This document shows, piece after piece, positions 49,268 to 59,413 of a DNA stretch of 64,000 nucleotides; position 1 is the stretch's first letter, and each line of letters begins with the position of its first letter. The notes under the pieces are model-generated. The model had not been told where the DNA came from. It made no database searches and worked only from the letters and a program-made list of their open reading frames with translations. This stretch comes from Leptolinea sp. UBA5366 (lineage in GTDB: Bacteria; Chloroflexota; Anaerolineae; Anaerolineales; Anaerolineaceae), in NCBI GenBank assembly GCA_002407845.1, contig DHPK01000010.1, positions 44,837 through 108,836 on the forward strand, written 5' to 3'. The translations under genes were made by a program, and so were the position numbers.

Positions 49268-49637
49268 CAGCGGTTATATTCTCGATCCATTGGATCTCTC
49301 TGGCTAGCTGGGTTGATTGATCCAATAAAATTGAAATTACGTCCAGTTGCCATCCCTTGTCGGAAAGTTGGCGGTCATTCAGATAATATTCCGCGTTTTG
49401 AATCATATGGGACATTTTTTCCTGATTGACGGCTTCCTCCGGAAAACCAAAACGATAAGAGGTGCGTGTTTTGACTTCGACAAAGAAAATTCGGTCATTT
49501 TTTTCCAAAATCAGATCAATTTCACCATAAGGTGTTCTGACATTTATATCCTTAACAGCGTAATGCCGTTTGCGGGCAGTTTCCCGCGCAATCATTTCAC
49601 CGATCTTTCCAACCGCTTGATTCTTCATCTTCGTCAT
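49260..49637 (-). CDS. yraN: YraN (UPF0102) family nuclease-like protein
   Basis: GKIGE, GEIDLI, FVEVKTR and EAV motifs. Confidence 0.9.
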   Translation of the reverse strand: MTKMKNQAVGKIGEMIARETARKRHYAVKDINVRTPYGEIDLILEKNDRIFFVEVKTRTSYRFGFPEEAVNQEKMSHMIQNAEYYLNDRQLSDKGWQLDVISILLDQSTQLAREIQWIENITADE

Positions 49638-49862
49638 CGTTCCCCCAGATCGATTCTATCAAAACCTTTCTATTTTGGAGAGATGTTGGTAAGAAAATAG
49701 AATTTTTGCTTTCAGATCCTATCAAACGTTGATGAAAACACGAGGGACAAGAGAAGTAAAATTAGGCTCGATTATAATAAGACAAGAGGTTTTCTGACTT
49801 TGGATAAAGTTAGTTTACGAAAGAAACCTTGATTGACAATGTGAAAAGGAAATCCCAAAATT

Positions 49863-51017
49863 ATGCGTGAAGTTGCGATATTAGAAATCGGTCAGACGCC
49901 AGTCAGTGAGCATTGGGATAAAAGCCTATTAGAAATTGCCGGCGAACCGATTTTACAAATTTTTGAGAAAACGGGTCTTAAAACCGTTGACAGTATTTTT
50001 GTTGGAAATATGATGAGCGGTACTGCCAACCATCAGATCAACCTTGGCGCTTACGTAGCCGATTGGGTTGGGGCATTGAACGCGGAAGCGGTTCATGTCG
50101 AAGCCGCCTGCAGCTCGGGTAGCGCAGCCTTTCGCGCCGCTTTCCTGGCAGTCAGCGCCGGAGACGTTGATACGGCGATTGCTGTCGGGGTTGAAAAGAT
50201 GACCGATTCTCCATCAGACGAAATCACCGCAGCGCTGGCAACCGCTGCTGACGCTGATTATGAACGCGATATGGGCGTTTCTTTTGTCGCGTTGAACGCG
50301 TTGCTGATGCGTCGGTACATGGAAATATATGGCTGGGAAAAAGAACACTTTGCCGGTTTTTCAATCAATGCGCATGCGAATGGCGTGCATAATCCAAACG
50401 CGCGTTTTAACTTTCCGATTACGCGTGAAGCTTATTTGAAATCAGCGTTAGTCGCAGATCCGATCAATGTGCTGGACGCAGCAGGGATGGGAGATGGCGC
50501 GGCCGCAGTTTTGTTGGTTCCGGCAGAAAAGCTGAAAAACCTGCCATCAAGGATCAAGGTCATCGCCTCATCGGCGGCTACAGACACCATTGCTGTTCAG
50601 AACCGACGAGATCCACTCTGGCTGAGTGCTGCGGAGAAATCCGCCAAAAAAGCTTATCAACAAGCGAGGCTCGGACCAGAAGCAATAGACTTGTTCGAAG
50701 TGCATGACGCCTTTACAATTATTGAAACATTGTCGCTGGAAGCCTGTGGATTCGCGGATCGGGGGAAGGGTCCTTTATTGGCGAATGAGCAGGAGATCAG
50801 CCCTCTGGGCCGGATTCCTTTGGCGACGATGGGGGGATTGAAATCGCGTGGCCATCCGGTTGGCGCAACCGGAATGTATCAGATCGTTGAAGCAGCGCTG
50901 CAGTTAAAAGGATTATGTGGAAAAAATCAGGTTCCAGGAGCCCGGATTGCGATGACTCAAAACATCGGGGGCAGCGGATCTAATGTTTATACTCATATTC
51001 TCAGCGTTGAGTCTTGA
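49863..51017 (+). CDS. Thiolase, SCP-x/archaeal acetoacetyl-CoA thiolase type
   Basis: EAACSSG, GVEKM, DGAAA, EVHDAF, GHPVGATG and QNIGG motifs. Confidence 0.9.
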   Translation: MREVAILEIGQTPVSEHWDKSLLEIAGEPILQIFEKTGLKTVDSIFVGNMMSGTANHQINLGAYVADWVGALNAEAVHVEAACSSGSAAFRAAFLAVSAGDVDTAIAVGVEKMTDSPSDEITAALATAADADYERDMGVSFVALNALLMRRYMEIYGWEKEHFAGFSINAHANGVHNPNARFNFPITREAYLKSALVADPINVLDAAGMGDGAAAVLLVPAEKLKNLPSRIKVIASSAATDTIAVQNRRDPLWLSAAEKSAKKAYQQARLGPEAIDLFEVHDAFTIIETLSLEACGFADRGKGPLLANEQEISPLGRIPLATMGGLKSRGHPVGATGMYQIVEAALQLKGLCGKNQVPGARIAMTQNIGGSGSNVYTHILSVES

Positions 51018-51069
51018 TATCCAATAAATCTCCAATGAATGCGTGATGCATTCAGAAAGGGTCATCAGA

Positions 51070-54000
51070 ATGGAATTTCATGTTTCTCATCAGTCAAGAG
51101 TTCGTTATCAGTTTGATTTGAGCATGTTTCGTTATGACGGGAATGTCATTTTTGCTGATTTCCAGGCTGTTCGGGAATTTGCCCAGAAAATAAACACTGA
51201 ACGGAAACGGGCTGGTGACCGGGAGCAGATTTACGCTGGGGATTTGAACGCGCTGGGACTGATTGATGAAATCATGCATTACATCATCGACTATTATCGT
51301 CAGAATTACCTCCCCGATCTCAATCAGCAAGCTTTCACTGTGCTTGAAGAAAAAATCGGCGGTGACCAGCTCGAAAAAACGATCTATGCTTTTTGCGCCG
51401 AATTTCCGCCGGTCGCGGTTCAGCAGAAAAAGCTGACGATCGCGGAATATCTGGCGGCTGCGAACCCAAAAGGAAAACTGAACCGCTATGAGGTTATCGA
51501 AGAAATCTTGCTCCTCTGGGTTACGAATCAAAATCCAGCCGCAATGAAACGCTTTGATGACCTGTTTGATGACAGCCAACTAACGAAAAATACCGCCTAT
51601 CTGAATGTGATTCAGGCTTTGAATGAGTATTTCAAGACATTGCCGAAGATTCAGGGCTTTTCCCTGTTTGATCTGCTTTTGGAACCGGCGCTTTATAACA
51701 AAGATTCGCTGTTTGATCAGCTTGAATTTATTCGATCCCGCTGGTCGAGTCAGATTGGTGACTTTTTGCGGCGTTTGCTGATCTCTCTGGATTTGATGAA
51801 AGAAGAATTCGCAGAACACGGAATGGGTCCAGGTCCGGTAGAAATTCCAGTCTATGAAGATGGCATGCCCTCTGACGGGATGGTTGAATATGAAGCTTTC
51901 AGCCAAGACTTGGAATGGATGCCGCGGCTGGTGCTGATTGCCAAAAACACCTATGTTTGGCTGGATCAGCTCAGCAAACAATATGACCGCCCTATTACCA
52001 AGCTTAACGAAGTCCCGGATGAGGAGCTGCGTTCCCTGCATGACCAGGGATTCACCGGTTTATGGCTGATCGGAGTTTGGGAGCGATCCAAAGCATCCGC
52101 CACCATCAAGCAATATTGCGGGAATCCGGAAGCGCTGGCGTCTGCCTATTCTCTGGCAGATTATCGTATTGCTGACGATCTTGGCGGAGAAAGCGCCTAT
52201 CAGGAATTGAAACACAAAGCATGGCGGAACGGCATCCGGATGGCGAGCGACATGGTCCCGAATCATATGGGGATTGATTCAGGCTGGGTGCTCTATCATC
52301 CTGAGCGCTTCTTGCAGCTGGATTACAGCCCATTCCCGGCTTATTCTTTCAATGGTCCAAATTTATCGCCTGATCCAAACATCGGAATTTTTATTGAGGA
52401 TCATTATTTCTCACGGGAAGATGCATCGGTCGTTTTTCAACGGGTTGATTTCAACACAGGTAATGTGCGCTACATTTATCACGGCAACGATGGCACGAGC
52501 ATGCCCTGGAATGACACTGCCCAGCTGAATTATTTGATTCCAGAGGTTCGGGAAATCGTGATTCAGACGATTTTGCAAGTTGCCCGTCGGTTCCCGATCA
52601 TCCGGTTTGACGCCGCTATGACGCTGGCAAAAAAGCACTATCAGCGGTTATGGTTCCCTGAGCCCGGCACAGGCGGCGCAATTGCTACCCGGGCGGAATA
52701 TGGCATGACAAAAGAAGAGTTTGACCGTGTCTTCCCGGAGGAGTTTTGGCGGGATGTGGTTGATCGCGTCGCGGTCGAAGCGCCGGACACGCTTTTGCTT
52801 GCGGAAGCATTCTGGCTGATGGAAGGGTATTTTGTGCGCACATTGGGAATGCACCGCGTGTATAACAGCGCATTCATGAACCTGCTGCGTGATGAAAACA
52901 ACGCAAAATACCGAATTCTGATCAAAACAACGCTGGAATATGATCCGGACATTCTAAAACGATATGTCAATTTCATGAACAATCCAGATGAAAAAACAGC
53001 CGCTGAACAATTTGGAAAAGGGGATAAATACTTTGGCATCTGCGTCTTGATGGCGACCATGCCGGGGTTGCCGATGTTTGGTCATGGGCAGCTGCAGGGG
53101 TTCACCGAAAAATACGGGATGGAATACCGAAAAGCTTACTGGGATGAACAGGTCGATGTGGACTTACTGCAGCGGCACGAGCGGGAAATCTTCCCGCTGC
53201 TGCACCAACGCAGACGCTTTGCAGAAGTTGCAGATTTCGCCCTCTACAATTTTGCCACGCCATACGGCAACATTGATGAAAATGTCTTTGCTTATTCGAA
53301 TTATGGCGAAGGGCGCCATTCGCTGGTGATCTATAACAACCGTTACGGCGAGACCAAAGGAACTGTGAAACAATCGGTGCCGTTTGTCATCAAACAGGAT
53401 GATGGCGAGAAAATTACGACCCAAAAGACATTGTCTGAAAGCCTGCACCTGCATCACGATTTAAATTATTACGTCGTCCTGCATGATTCGATTCGCAACC
53501 TGTTTTACGTGCGCCCATCCCATCAGATTGTTCAGGACGGTCTGTATTTTGATCTTCACCCTTATCAGTATTTTGTGTTCAATGAAATTTACGAGGTTGA
53601 GGATGACGAGAATGAAACCTGGCGCAAGCTAAATTCCTGGCTAAACGGCAAAGGCACGCCTGATATCAACGAGGCAATTCAGGAGCTGCTCTATCATGAC
53701 GTGCTCGAACCCTATCGCAACTGCTTTAATGGCAGCAAACTGCGCTGGCTTTATGATCAATTTGGGAATCCGCTGGATGCAGTGAAATGGCAGGAAGTTC
53801 AAAACGGCACCTGGCGTGATTTTGATCTTCTATCGCAGGCGTACAACCAGTTTTATGAGCTCGACCGTTCGCTTGAAGGCTTATTTAATGTGTACAGCGT
53901 TGGGATCAATGAGTTTGTTGTTGATCCGCTCCAACGGGTTGTTCCTGACATGGACCTCTATAATGAATCCTTGATCGCAATTAAAAAACTGGTGGAAACA

Positions 54001-54594
54001 AACCCGGTTTTATGGAATGCGCTGTTCATTAGTTTGCAGCAGGAACTGCTGGCTAGGTTTGGACGAACCATGGAAGGCACAGCTGAGCTCGAAAACATTC
54101 GGGAAGACTGGCACTTGTATAAAACGCAGGAACGCCTCCTGAACGAAGCTGGCTTTGGGGGAATTTCAGTCCATGATCAGATAACCCTGATCCAATGGAT
54201 TTATCAGACAATAAACGATTGCCGCAGCTGGACTTTTGACACGCTTGACAGTGATTTGGATCGGCTGCTGCTCACGGATGGGGTACAAAATATTCTGAAA
54301 ACGAACCTGTACGATGGCGTACTCTGGTTCAACCTTGAAGCTGCGGAGCGTTTTGAAACACTGATGCGCCTGATCGGTTACTTTGAGAGCGTCTTTAATC
54401 CGGCAGCGTCAGCGTCAATGCGGGTCGAAAATGTGATGCTGATGCAGCAGGCGGCTGATCTCTTCCATCAACGAATGGTTGCCTCTGACTATCATTTTGA
54501 TCGCCTGATCCTTGACCCGCAGGCGCAAGAAACAGAGGATTCCGAACTCGCAGCTGCCCCAGACTCAGACGAAAAGGCTTCTCCATCTGAATGA
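51070..54594 (+). CDS. Large GH13 alpha-amylase family protein
   Basis: DMVPNH, IRFDAAM, AEAFW and NNPDE correspond to GH13 regions I-IV; ATG 51070 follows GAAAGG. Confidence 0.88.
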   Translation: MEFHVSHQSRVRYQFDLSMFRYDGNVIFADFQAVREFAQKINTERKRAGDREQIYAGDLNALGLIDEIMHYIIDYYRQNYLPDLNQQAFTVLEEKIGGDQLEKTIYAFCAEFPPVAVQQKKLTIAEYLAAANPKGKLNRYEVIEEILLLWVTNQNPAAMKRFDDLFDDSQLTKNTAYLNVIQALNEYFKTLPKIQGFSLFDLLLEPALYNKDSLFDQLEFIRSRWSSQIGDFLRRLLISLDLMKEEFAEHGMGPGPVEIPVYEDGMPSDGMVEYEAFSQDLEWMPRLVLIAKNTYVWLDQLSKQYDRPITKLNEVPDEELRSLHDQGFTGLWLIGVWERSKASATIKQYCGNPEALASAYSLADYRIADDLGGESAYQELKHKAWRNGIRMASDMVPNHMGIDSGWVLYHPERFLQLDYSPFPAYSFNGPNLSPDPNIGIFIEDHYFSREDASVVFQRVDFNTGNVRYIYHGNDGTSMPWNDTAQLNYLIPEVREIVIQTILQVARRFPIIRFDAAMTLAKKHYQRLWFPEPGTGGAIATRAEYGMTKEEFDRVFPEEFWRDVVDRVAVEAPDTLLLAEAFWLMEGYFVRTLGMHRVYNSAFMNLLRDENNAKYRILIKTTLEYDPDILKRYVNFMNNPDEKTAAEQFGKGDKYFGICVLMATMPGLPMFGHGQLQGFTEKYGMEYRKAYWDEQVDVDLLQRHEREIFPLLHQRRRFAEVADFALYNFATPYGNIDENVFAYSNYGEGRHSLVIYNNRYGETKGTVKQSVPFVIKQDDGEKITTQKTLSESLHLHHDLNYYVVLHDSIRNLFYVRPSHQIVQDGLYFDLHPYQYFVFNEIYEVEDDENETWRKLNSWLNGKGTPDINEAIQELLYHDVLEPYRNCFNGSKLRWLYDQFGNPLDAVKWQEVQNGTWRDFDLLSQAYNQFYELDRSLEGLFNVYSVGINEFVVDPLQRVVPDMDLYNESLIAIKKLVETNPVLWNALFISLQQELLARFGRTMEGTAELENIREDWHLYKTQERLLNEAGFGGISVHDQITLIQWIYQTINDCRSWTFDTLDSDLDRLLLTDGVQNILKTNLYDGVLWFNLEAAERFETLMRLIGYFESVFNPAASASMRVENVMLMQQAADLFHQRMVASDYHFDRLILDPQAQETEDSELAAAPDSDEKASPSE

Positions 54595-55484
54595 TTCTGG
54601 TCACCGGGGGAACCGGTTTTATCGGTCAGGTACTGGTCCGGAATTTGGTCTCTTTGGGATATCCGGTTCGATTATTGATCAACCCTTCTAACAAAACCCC
54701 GCGTATCCCGCGGGGAATTTCTGTTGATGCCGCAATATCAAGCATTTACGACGAGCGGAATTTACGTGCAGCAATGAAAGACGTTCGGACAGTCTTTCAC
54801 CTGATCGGAACGGAATGGCGCGGGATTAATGCCGAATACTTCGACGTTGATATCGAAGCTGGCAAAAACACTGCGGCGGTCGCTGCGCAGATGGGCGTAG
54901 AACGGTTTTTTTACCTGAGCCACCTTGGAACGGATCGCTCCTCAGCATATGCGCTGCTGCAGGCGAAGGCGAAGACCGAAGCAGCAATTATCGAAAGCGG
55001 CGTACCTTATACAATCCTGCGGACTGCTCCGATTTACGGTAAGGGAGACCATTTCACAGAAGCTTTCGCGGCGATGATTCGAAAAATTCCTTTTGCAGTT
55101 CCTCTGCCGGGGGATGGTGAAACCCGAATTCAGCCGCTTTGGATTGACGACCTGATAACCTGTCTGCTGCTGTGCATGGATGATGAACGGACGGTTGCTG
55201 AAACGATTGAAATTGGCGGCATTGAAACGCTGACCATCCGCGAATGTCTCGAACTGATTATGGATGTGATCGGTGTCCGCAAACATTTTTACAATATTTC
55301 GCCGGTCTGGCTTCGCAGCCTGATGATTGCCATGGAGCAGTGGTTCGAACGCTGGCCGCAATTGTATTTTTGGGCGGATTATCTGGCAGAAGATCGTATC
55401 ACTTCGTTGGATGTGCTGCCGCGGCGTTTTTCTCTCTTCCCGACCCGCATGAGCCGAAACCTTGATTATCTTCGAGAATCCTGA
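54591..55484 (+). CDS. NAD(P)-binding atypical SDR (NDUFA9/NmrA-like)
   Basis: TGGTGFIG and IQPLWIDDL; ATGA overlap with the amylase gene. Confidence 0.85.
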   Translation: MILVTGGTGFIGQVLVRNLVSLGYPVRLLINPSNKTPRIPRGISVDAAISSIYDERNLRAAMKDVRTVFHLIGTEWRGINAEYFDVDIEAGKNTAAVAAQMGVERFFYLSHLGTDRSSAYALLQAKAKTEAAIIESGVPYTILRTAPIYGKGDHFTEAFAAMIRKIPFAVPLPGDGETRIQPLWIDDLITCLLLCMDDERTVAETIEIGGIETLTIRECLELIMDVIGVRKHFYNISPVWLRSLMIAMEQWFERWPQLYFWADYLAEDRITSLDVLPRRFSLFPTRMSRNLDYLRES

Positions 55485-55615
55485 TTGACAAATAATCTAA
55501 AATGTCAAGACCTAATCTGGTAAATAGACGAATTAAAGCTAATTTCGCAATAAACCTTGCTTTTTAGGCAATTAGCGGTAAAATAATAAAAAATTTTACT
55601 TCAGAAAGGCTGCCC

Positions 55616-57019
55616 ATGCGAAAACAGGCTTTTTGCGTACATGGTCATTTTTACCAGCCCCCTCGAGAGAACCCATTCACCGGAAAAATTCCGGTCGAAC
55701 CTGGCGCAACTCCCTTTAACAACTGGAACGAGAAAATTTTAGCACAATGTTACCGTCCAAATGCAGAAGATGGCAATTTTGCTCGTATCAGTTTTGATAT
55801 CGGTCCGACATTGGCAACCTGGATGGATGAGAGCGCGCCGGATGTGATGGCTGCAATTGTCAGTCAGGAACGGGAATTTTATGCTGCCAACGGCGTTGGC
55901 AACGGGATGGCGCAATCTTACAACCACACCATCCTGCCGCTGGCAACCCGTGAAGACAAGCTGACTCAGATACTCTGGGGCATCGCCGATTTTGAATGGC
56001 GTTTTGGGCATAAGCCAACCGGTCTTTGGGCACCTGAAACCGCTATTGATCTTGAAACGCTGGCTGTCATGCAGGAGTGCGGCATTGAATACACAATTCT
56101 AGCTCCCTGGCAGGCGAATACCCGGTCCGGTCTGGATGTCTCCAAGCCTTATTGGGTCGAACTGCCTGGTGAAAAACGCATTGCGGTCTTCTTTTACGAA
56201 GACCATCTCAGCATGCGCGTCAGTTTTGATCCGGAGAGCACACAGAACGCGGATCGTTTTGTCCATTCAGAGCTGATGCAATTATTCCCGGATAATTCCC
56301 GCCGGGAACGCCTGATCATCTTGGCATCGGATGGTGAATTGTACGGGCACCATCAGCCCTTGCGCAACAAGTTTTTGCGCTGGCTGACGACAGGCGCTTT
56401 GAAATACACTGACCTTGAAAACATGATCCCGTCTGTCTGGCTCAGACAGTTCCCGCCGGAAAAATCGATCCGCATCACGAACAACACCTCTTGGAGTTGC
56501 CATCACGGCATCAAGCGCTGGAACAGCGTTTGCCCCTGTGCGGAACATGGGGAATGGAAGGCTCCCCTGCGGCGCGCGTTCAACCGGATTGCCGCAATTG
56601 TGGATGAAGAAATGCAAAAGGCGCTGACGCCCTATCAGCTGGATTTGCTTGAATTTCGCAACGAATATGGGAAAGTGCTGACCCACCAAGAAACTGCGGA
56701 AGAACAGCTGATCCGTCTGACAGGAAAAAAGGAATGGGCGGAGGTTGAGAAAAAACGCATGCTTTCCTTCATGCAGGCTCAGTATGAACGGCAGCGCATG
56801 TTCACCTCCTGCGGCTGGTTCTTTGGCGATTTCAATCGGCTTGAAGCTCAAAATAATCTGTTATATGCGGCGCGAGCGGTCGATCTGACGGAACGGGCTG
56901 CCGGGATTGAATTCCGTAAAGCGATCAGCCGATATTTATCCCGAGTTGAGAGCCGTGAAAGCGGTCTGAAAGCCAGTACCGTTTTTAACAACGCATTAAA
57001 AAACCGATCAACAGCGTAA
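55616..57019 (+). CDS. GH57 / DUF3536 glycoside hydrolase
   Basis: HGHFYQPPRENP, YNHTILPL, WAPETA, DGELYGHH, SWSC.HG and MFTSCGWFF motifs. Confidence 0.9.
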   Translation: MRKQAFCVHGHFYQPPRENPFTGKIPVEPGATPFNNWNEKILAQCYRPNAEDGNFARISFDIGPTLATWMDESAPDVMAAIVSQEREFYAANGVGNGMAQSYNHTILPLATREDKLTQILWGIADFEWRFGHKPTGLWAPETAIDLETLAVMQECGIEYTILAPWQANTRSGLDVSKPYWVELPGEKRIAVFFYEDHLSMRVSFDPESTQNADRFVHSELMQLFPDNSRRERLIILASDGELYGHHQPLRNKFLRWLTTGALKYTDLENMIPSVWLRQFPPEKSIRITNNTSWSCHHGIKRWNSVCPCAEHGEWKAPLRRAFNRIAAIVDEEMQKALTPYQLDLLEFRNEYGKVLTHQETAEEQLIRLTGKKEWAEVEKKRMLSFMQAQYERQRMFTSCGWFFGDFNRLEAQNNLLYAARAVDLTERAAGIEFRKAISRYLSRVESRESGLKASTVFNNALKNRSTA

Positions 57020-57041
57020 CGTTTTTAACAGAGTAATTTGT

Positions 57042-57078
57042 AAAAAAGGGACTGCTTAAAATTTGGCAGTCCCTTTTT
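57042..57078 (+). terminator. Intrinsic terminator
   Basis: AAAAAGGGACTGC...GCAGTCCCTTTTT inverted repeat. Confidence 0.85.
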
Positions 57079-57177
57079 GATCATTTGAATTAGGATTTGT
57101 AAGATAATGCTGCGCTTTGCTTACCCTTGCCTGCAAGAGGTAAAACCGTCCCGGCAGGCGGATTATAATTCGAGCAT

Positions 57178-58746
57178 ATGATGAAAAAGTGGATCGTCTC
57201 GATACTTTGCTTGCTTCTGATCAGCGGGTCAGGCTATTTTAGCGTCAACGCATCAGAGCTGTCTTTATGGATTGATCCCGTGATTCCGAAAAGCCTTCAG
57301 GCGCGCATTGCTTGGGAGGGGACGCAGGCATCTGCGCAGTCAGAATCAGACTGCGCACTGGCACGTATCCCGGCAGCCTCAACGGAAAAGCCTCAACATC
57401 TCAGCATGGTCTATGTACTGGCTGCTCCCTATCCAACCACACGCGATACGGTGGCGCTCCGGACGCTTAAGGCTGTCTGGGAAGGGAAGGAAGTTCCGCT
57501 GATTCGGCAGATCCTGCTGGACGCAGAAACGGCGCGGGTTTTCACTGAAATTTGGGGGAGTCCGGCTGTGAACAACGTGCAGGTGCTGGCAGCTGACGCG
57601 CTGCTGGAAATCGCTTGGGAGGAAGAACGAAGCTGGGCGCTGATTCCTTTCGACCAGCTGGATCCGCGCTGGAAAGTGATCCGGGTGGATGGTGTCAGCC
57701 CATTTGATGGGGACTTCGATCCGTCGAATTACGTTTTGAGCGCTTTCTGGGAGCTGACTGGCGAACGAGGAAAGGATTGCGAGCTTGCGCTGCCTGCGTT
57801 GCCGCTAAGTAATTTCGAACCGGATAAACTGACCAGCGTTGCGCTGACCGGAACGACTGCGATGGTGCGCCGGCTGGCATACGCAATTGAAGAACAGGGT
57901 GCAGAATTTATTACTGAGCAAATCGCGCCTGTGCTGCGCGCGGCGGATGTCACGCATATCAGCAACGAAGTCTCATTCTGGGAGGATTGCGCTCCCGGCA
58001 TCCCGCTGCGGCTTGAAGCCAGGTTTTGCTCGCTGCCCGGCTATCTGGACGTTTTGAAAGATCTTGGAACGGATGTGATTGAACTAACCGGAAATCATCT
58101 TTTTGATTGGGGGATTGATCCTTTTCTATACTCACTGGAAAAATATCAGCATGAAGGCTTTCACACTTATGGCGGCGGCAGCAATGCGGAAGATGCAAGC
58201 GCGCCGCTGCTGCTGGAACATCATGGTAACCGGCTTGCCTTCATCGGCTGCAATGCGATCGGTCCGGAAAGCGTCCTGGCAGCAGATTCCGCTCCGGGCG
58301 CAGCGCGCTGCGATTTGAATCAGCTGATCGAGACGATAACTGAACTGACAAAAACCGGCTGGCAGGTAATCGTGACGTTTCAGCATTTTGAATATCCGGA
58401 TTACAGCGTTCCAGCAGTTGAGAGCCATGATTTCTATGCCGCAGCAGAAGCCGGGGCGGTGATCATCAGCGGCAGTCAGGCTCACGTCCCTCAAGGGTTC
58501 AGCTTTGTCGGAAAATCCTTCATCCATTTTGGATTGGGGAATCTGCTGTTTGATCAGCTGTCCGACCTTGAGCGTGATTCATTTTTTGATCTGCACTATT
58601 TTTATGACAACCGCTATCTTGGCAATACGCTGGAAACCATCCGGCAGCAAGAAACCATGCAGCCGCGGTTTTTGCGTTCTTTTGAACGACAGCAATTTTT
58701 AGGAAATATTTTTAGTTTTTCAGATTGGACGAGAGCCTTTAAATGA
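57178..58746 (+). CDS. CapA/PgsA family metallophosphatase-fold protein, secreted
   Basis: Signal peptide; SNE, GNHLFD, GSQAH and GLGNLLFDQ motifs. Confidence 0.85.
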   Translation: MMKKWIVSILCLLLISGSGYFSVNASELSLWIDPVIPKSLQARIAWEGTQASAQSESDCALARIPAASTEKPQHLSMVYVLAAPYPTTRDTVALRTLKAVWEGKEVPLIRQILLDAETARVFTEIWGSPAVNNVQVLAADALLEIAWEEERSWALIPFDQLDPRWKVIRVDGVSPFDGDFDPSNYVLSAFWELTGERGKDCELALPALPLSNFEPDKLTSVALTGTTAMVRRLAYAIEEQGAEFITEQIAPVLRAADVTHISNEVSFWEDCAPGIPLRLEARFCSLPGYLDVLKDLGTDVIELTGNHLFDWGIDPFLYSLEKYQHEGFHTYGGGSNAEDASAPLLLEHHGNRLAFIGCNAIGPESVLAADSAPGAARCDLNQLIETITELTKTGWQVIVTFQHFEYPDYSVPAVESHDFYAAAEAGAVIISGSQAHVPQGFSFVGKSFIHFGLGNLLFDQLSDLERDSFFDLHYFYDNRYLGNTLETIRQQETMQPRFLRSFERQQFLGNIFSFSDWTRAFK

Positions 58747-59339
58747 AAAAAATGATCCAGATTTTCACCGGATTGATTCTGCTGGCAGTCTTCTTCACAG
58801 GTTGTGCGAAAAAACCGGAATTATCAGCTGAAGACACTGTGCGCGTATTTGTCCAGGCCTTTTCAGCGGGCGACTTGGAAGAAGCTCGCACTTATTTATC
58901 AGACAAAAATTATCCACTGACTCAGCCGCAAAACAGGCTGGGCGAGGTGATCCGCACAAGTCTGAGAGTTGTATCTGTCAGCGGGGACCTTTCCGCAGAC
59001 GGAGTCAATCCCATGGATGTCACGCTGGAGATGGCTGACAGCCTGCAGATTATGAGCCGGGCGCTGATGCTTTACTGGTTTGAAGAACAAAAGGCGGCTG
59101 GACAGGATCTTGAGATTCCGCTGCAGGATTCTTCAAAGATGACTGAGATCTATCAGCAGATTCTGCCTGAGTCGGAATCGGATCAATTGCCGAAAGTGAC
59201 CGCATTATACATATTTCCGTTGATAATAAGCGGCGGACAATACAAAATTGTCATGGATCCGCATCTGGAAGACCAATTAAACGGAAATCTAACAAATAAT
59301 TTAGAGAACATCTATAAAATAATAGAAGCAGTGCCGTAA
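58743..59339 (+). CDS. Lipoprotein of unknown function (NTF2-like fold possible)
   Basis: Lipobox FTGC; AEDTVRVFVQAF..GD...A..YL start; ATGA overlap with capA. Confidence 0.7.
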   Translation: MKKMIQIFTGLILLAVFFTGCAKKPELSAEDTVRVFVQAFSAGDLEEARTYLSDKNYPLTQPQNRLGEVIRTSLRVVSVSGDLSADGVNPMDVTLEMADSLQIMSRALMLYWFEEQKAAGQDLEIPLQDSSKMTEIYQQILPESESDQLPKVTALYIFPLIISGGQYKIVMDPHLEDQLNGNLTNNLENIYKIIEAVP

Positions 59340-59413
59340 TATACGGATCATGACAATTTCTGGCAGTGAACGCTCTGATCGCTGGCAGCTAAAAAAGAAT
59401 GCTGGAGGAAGCA

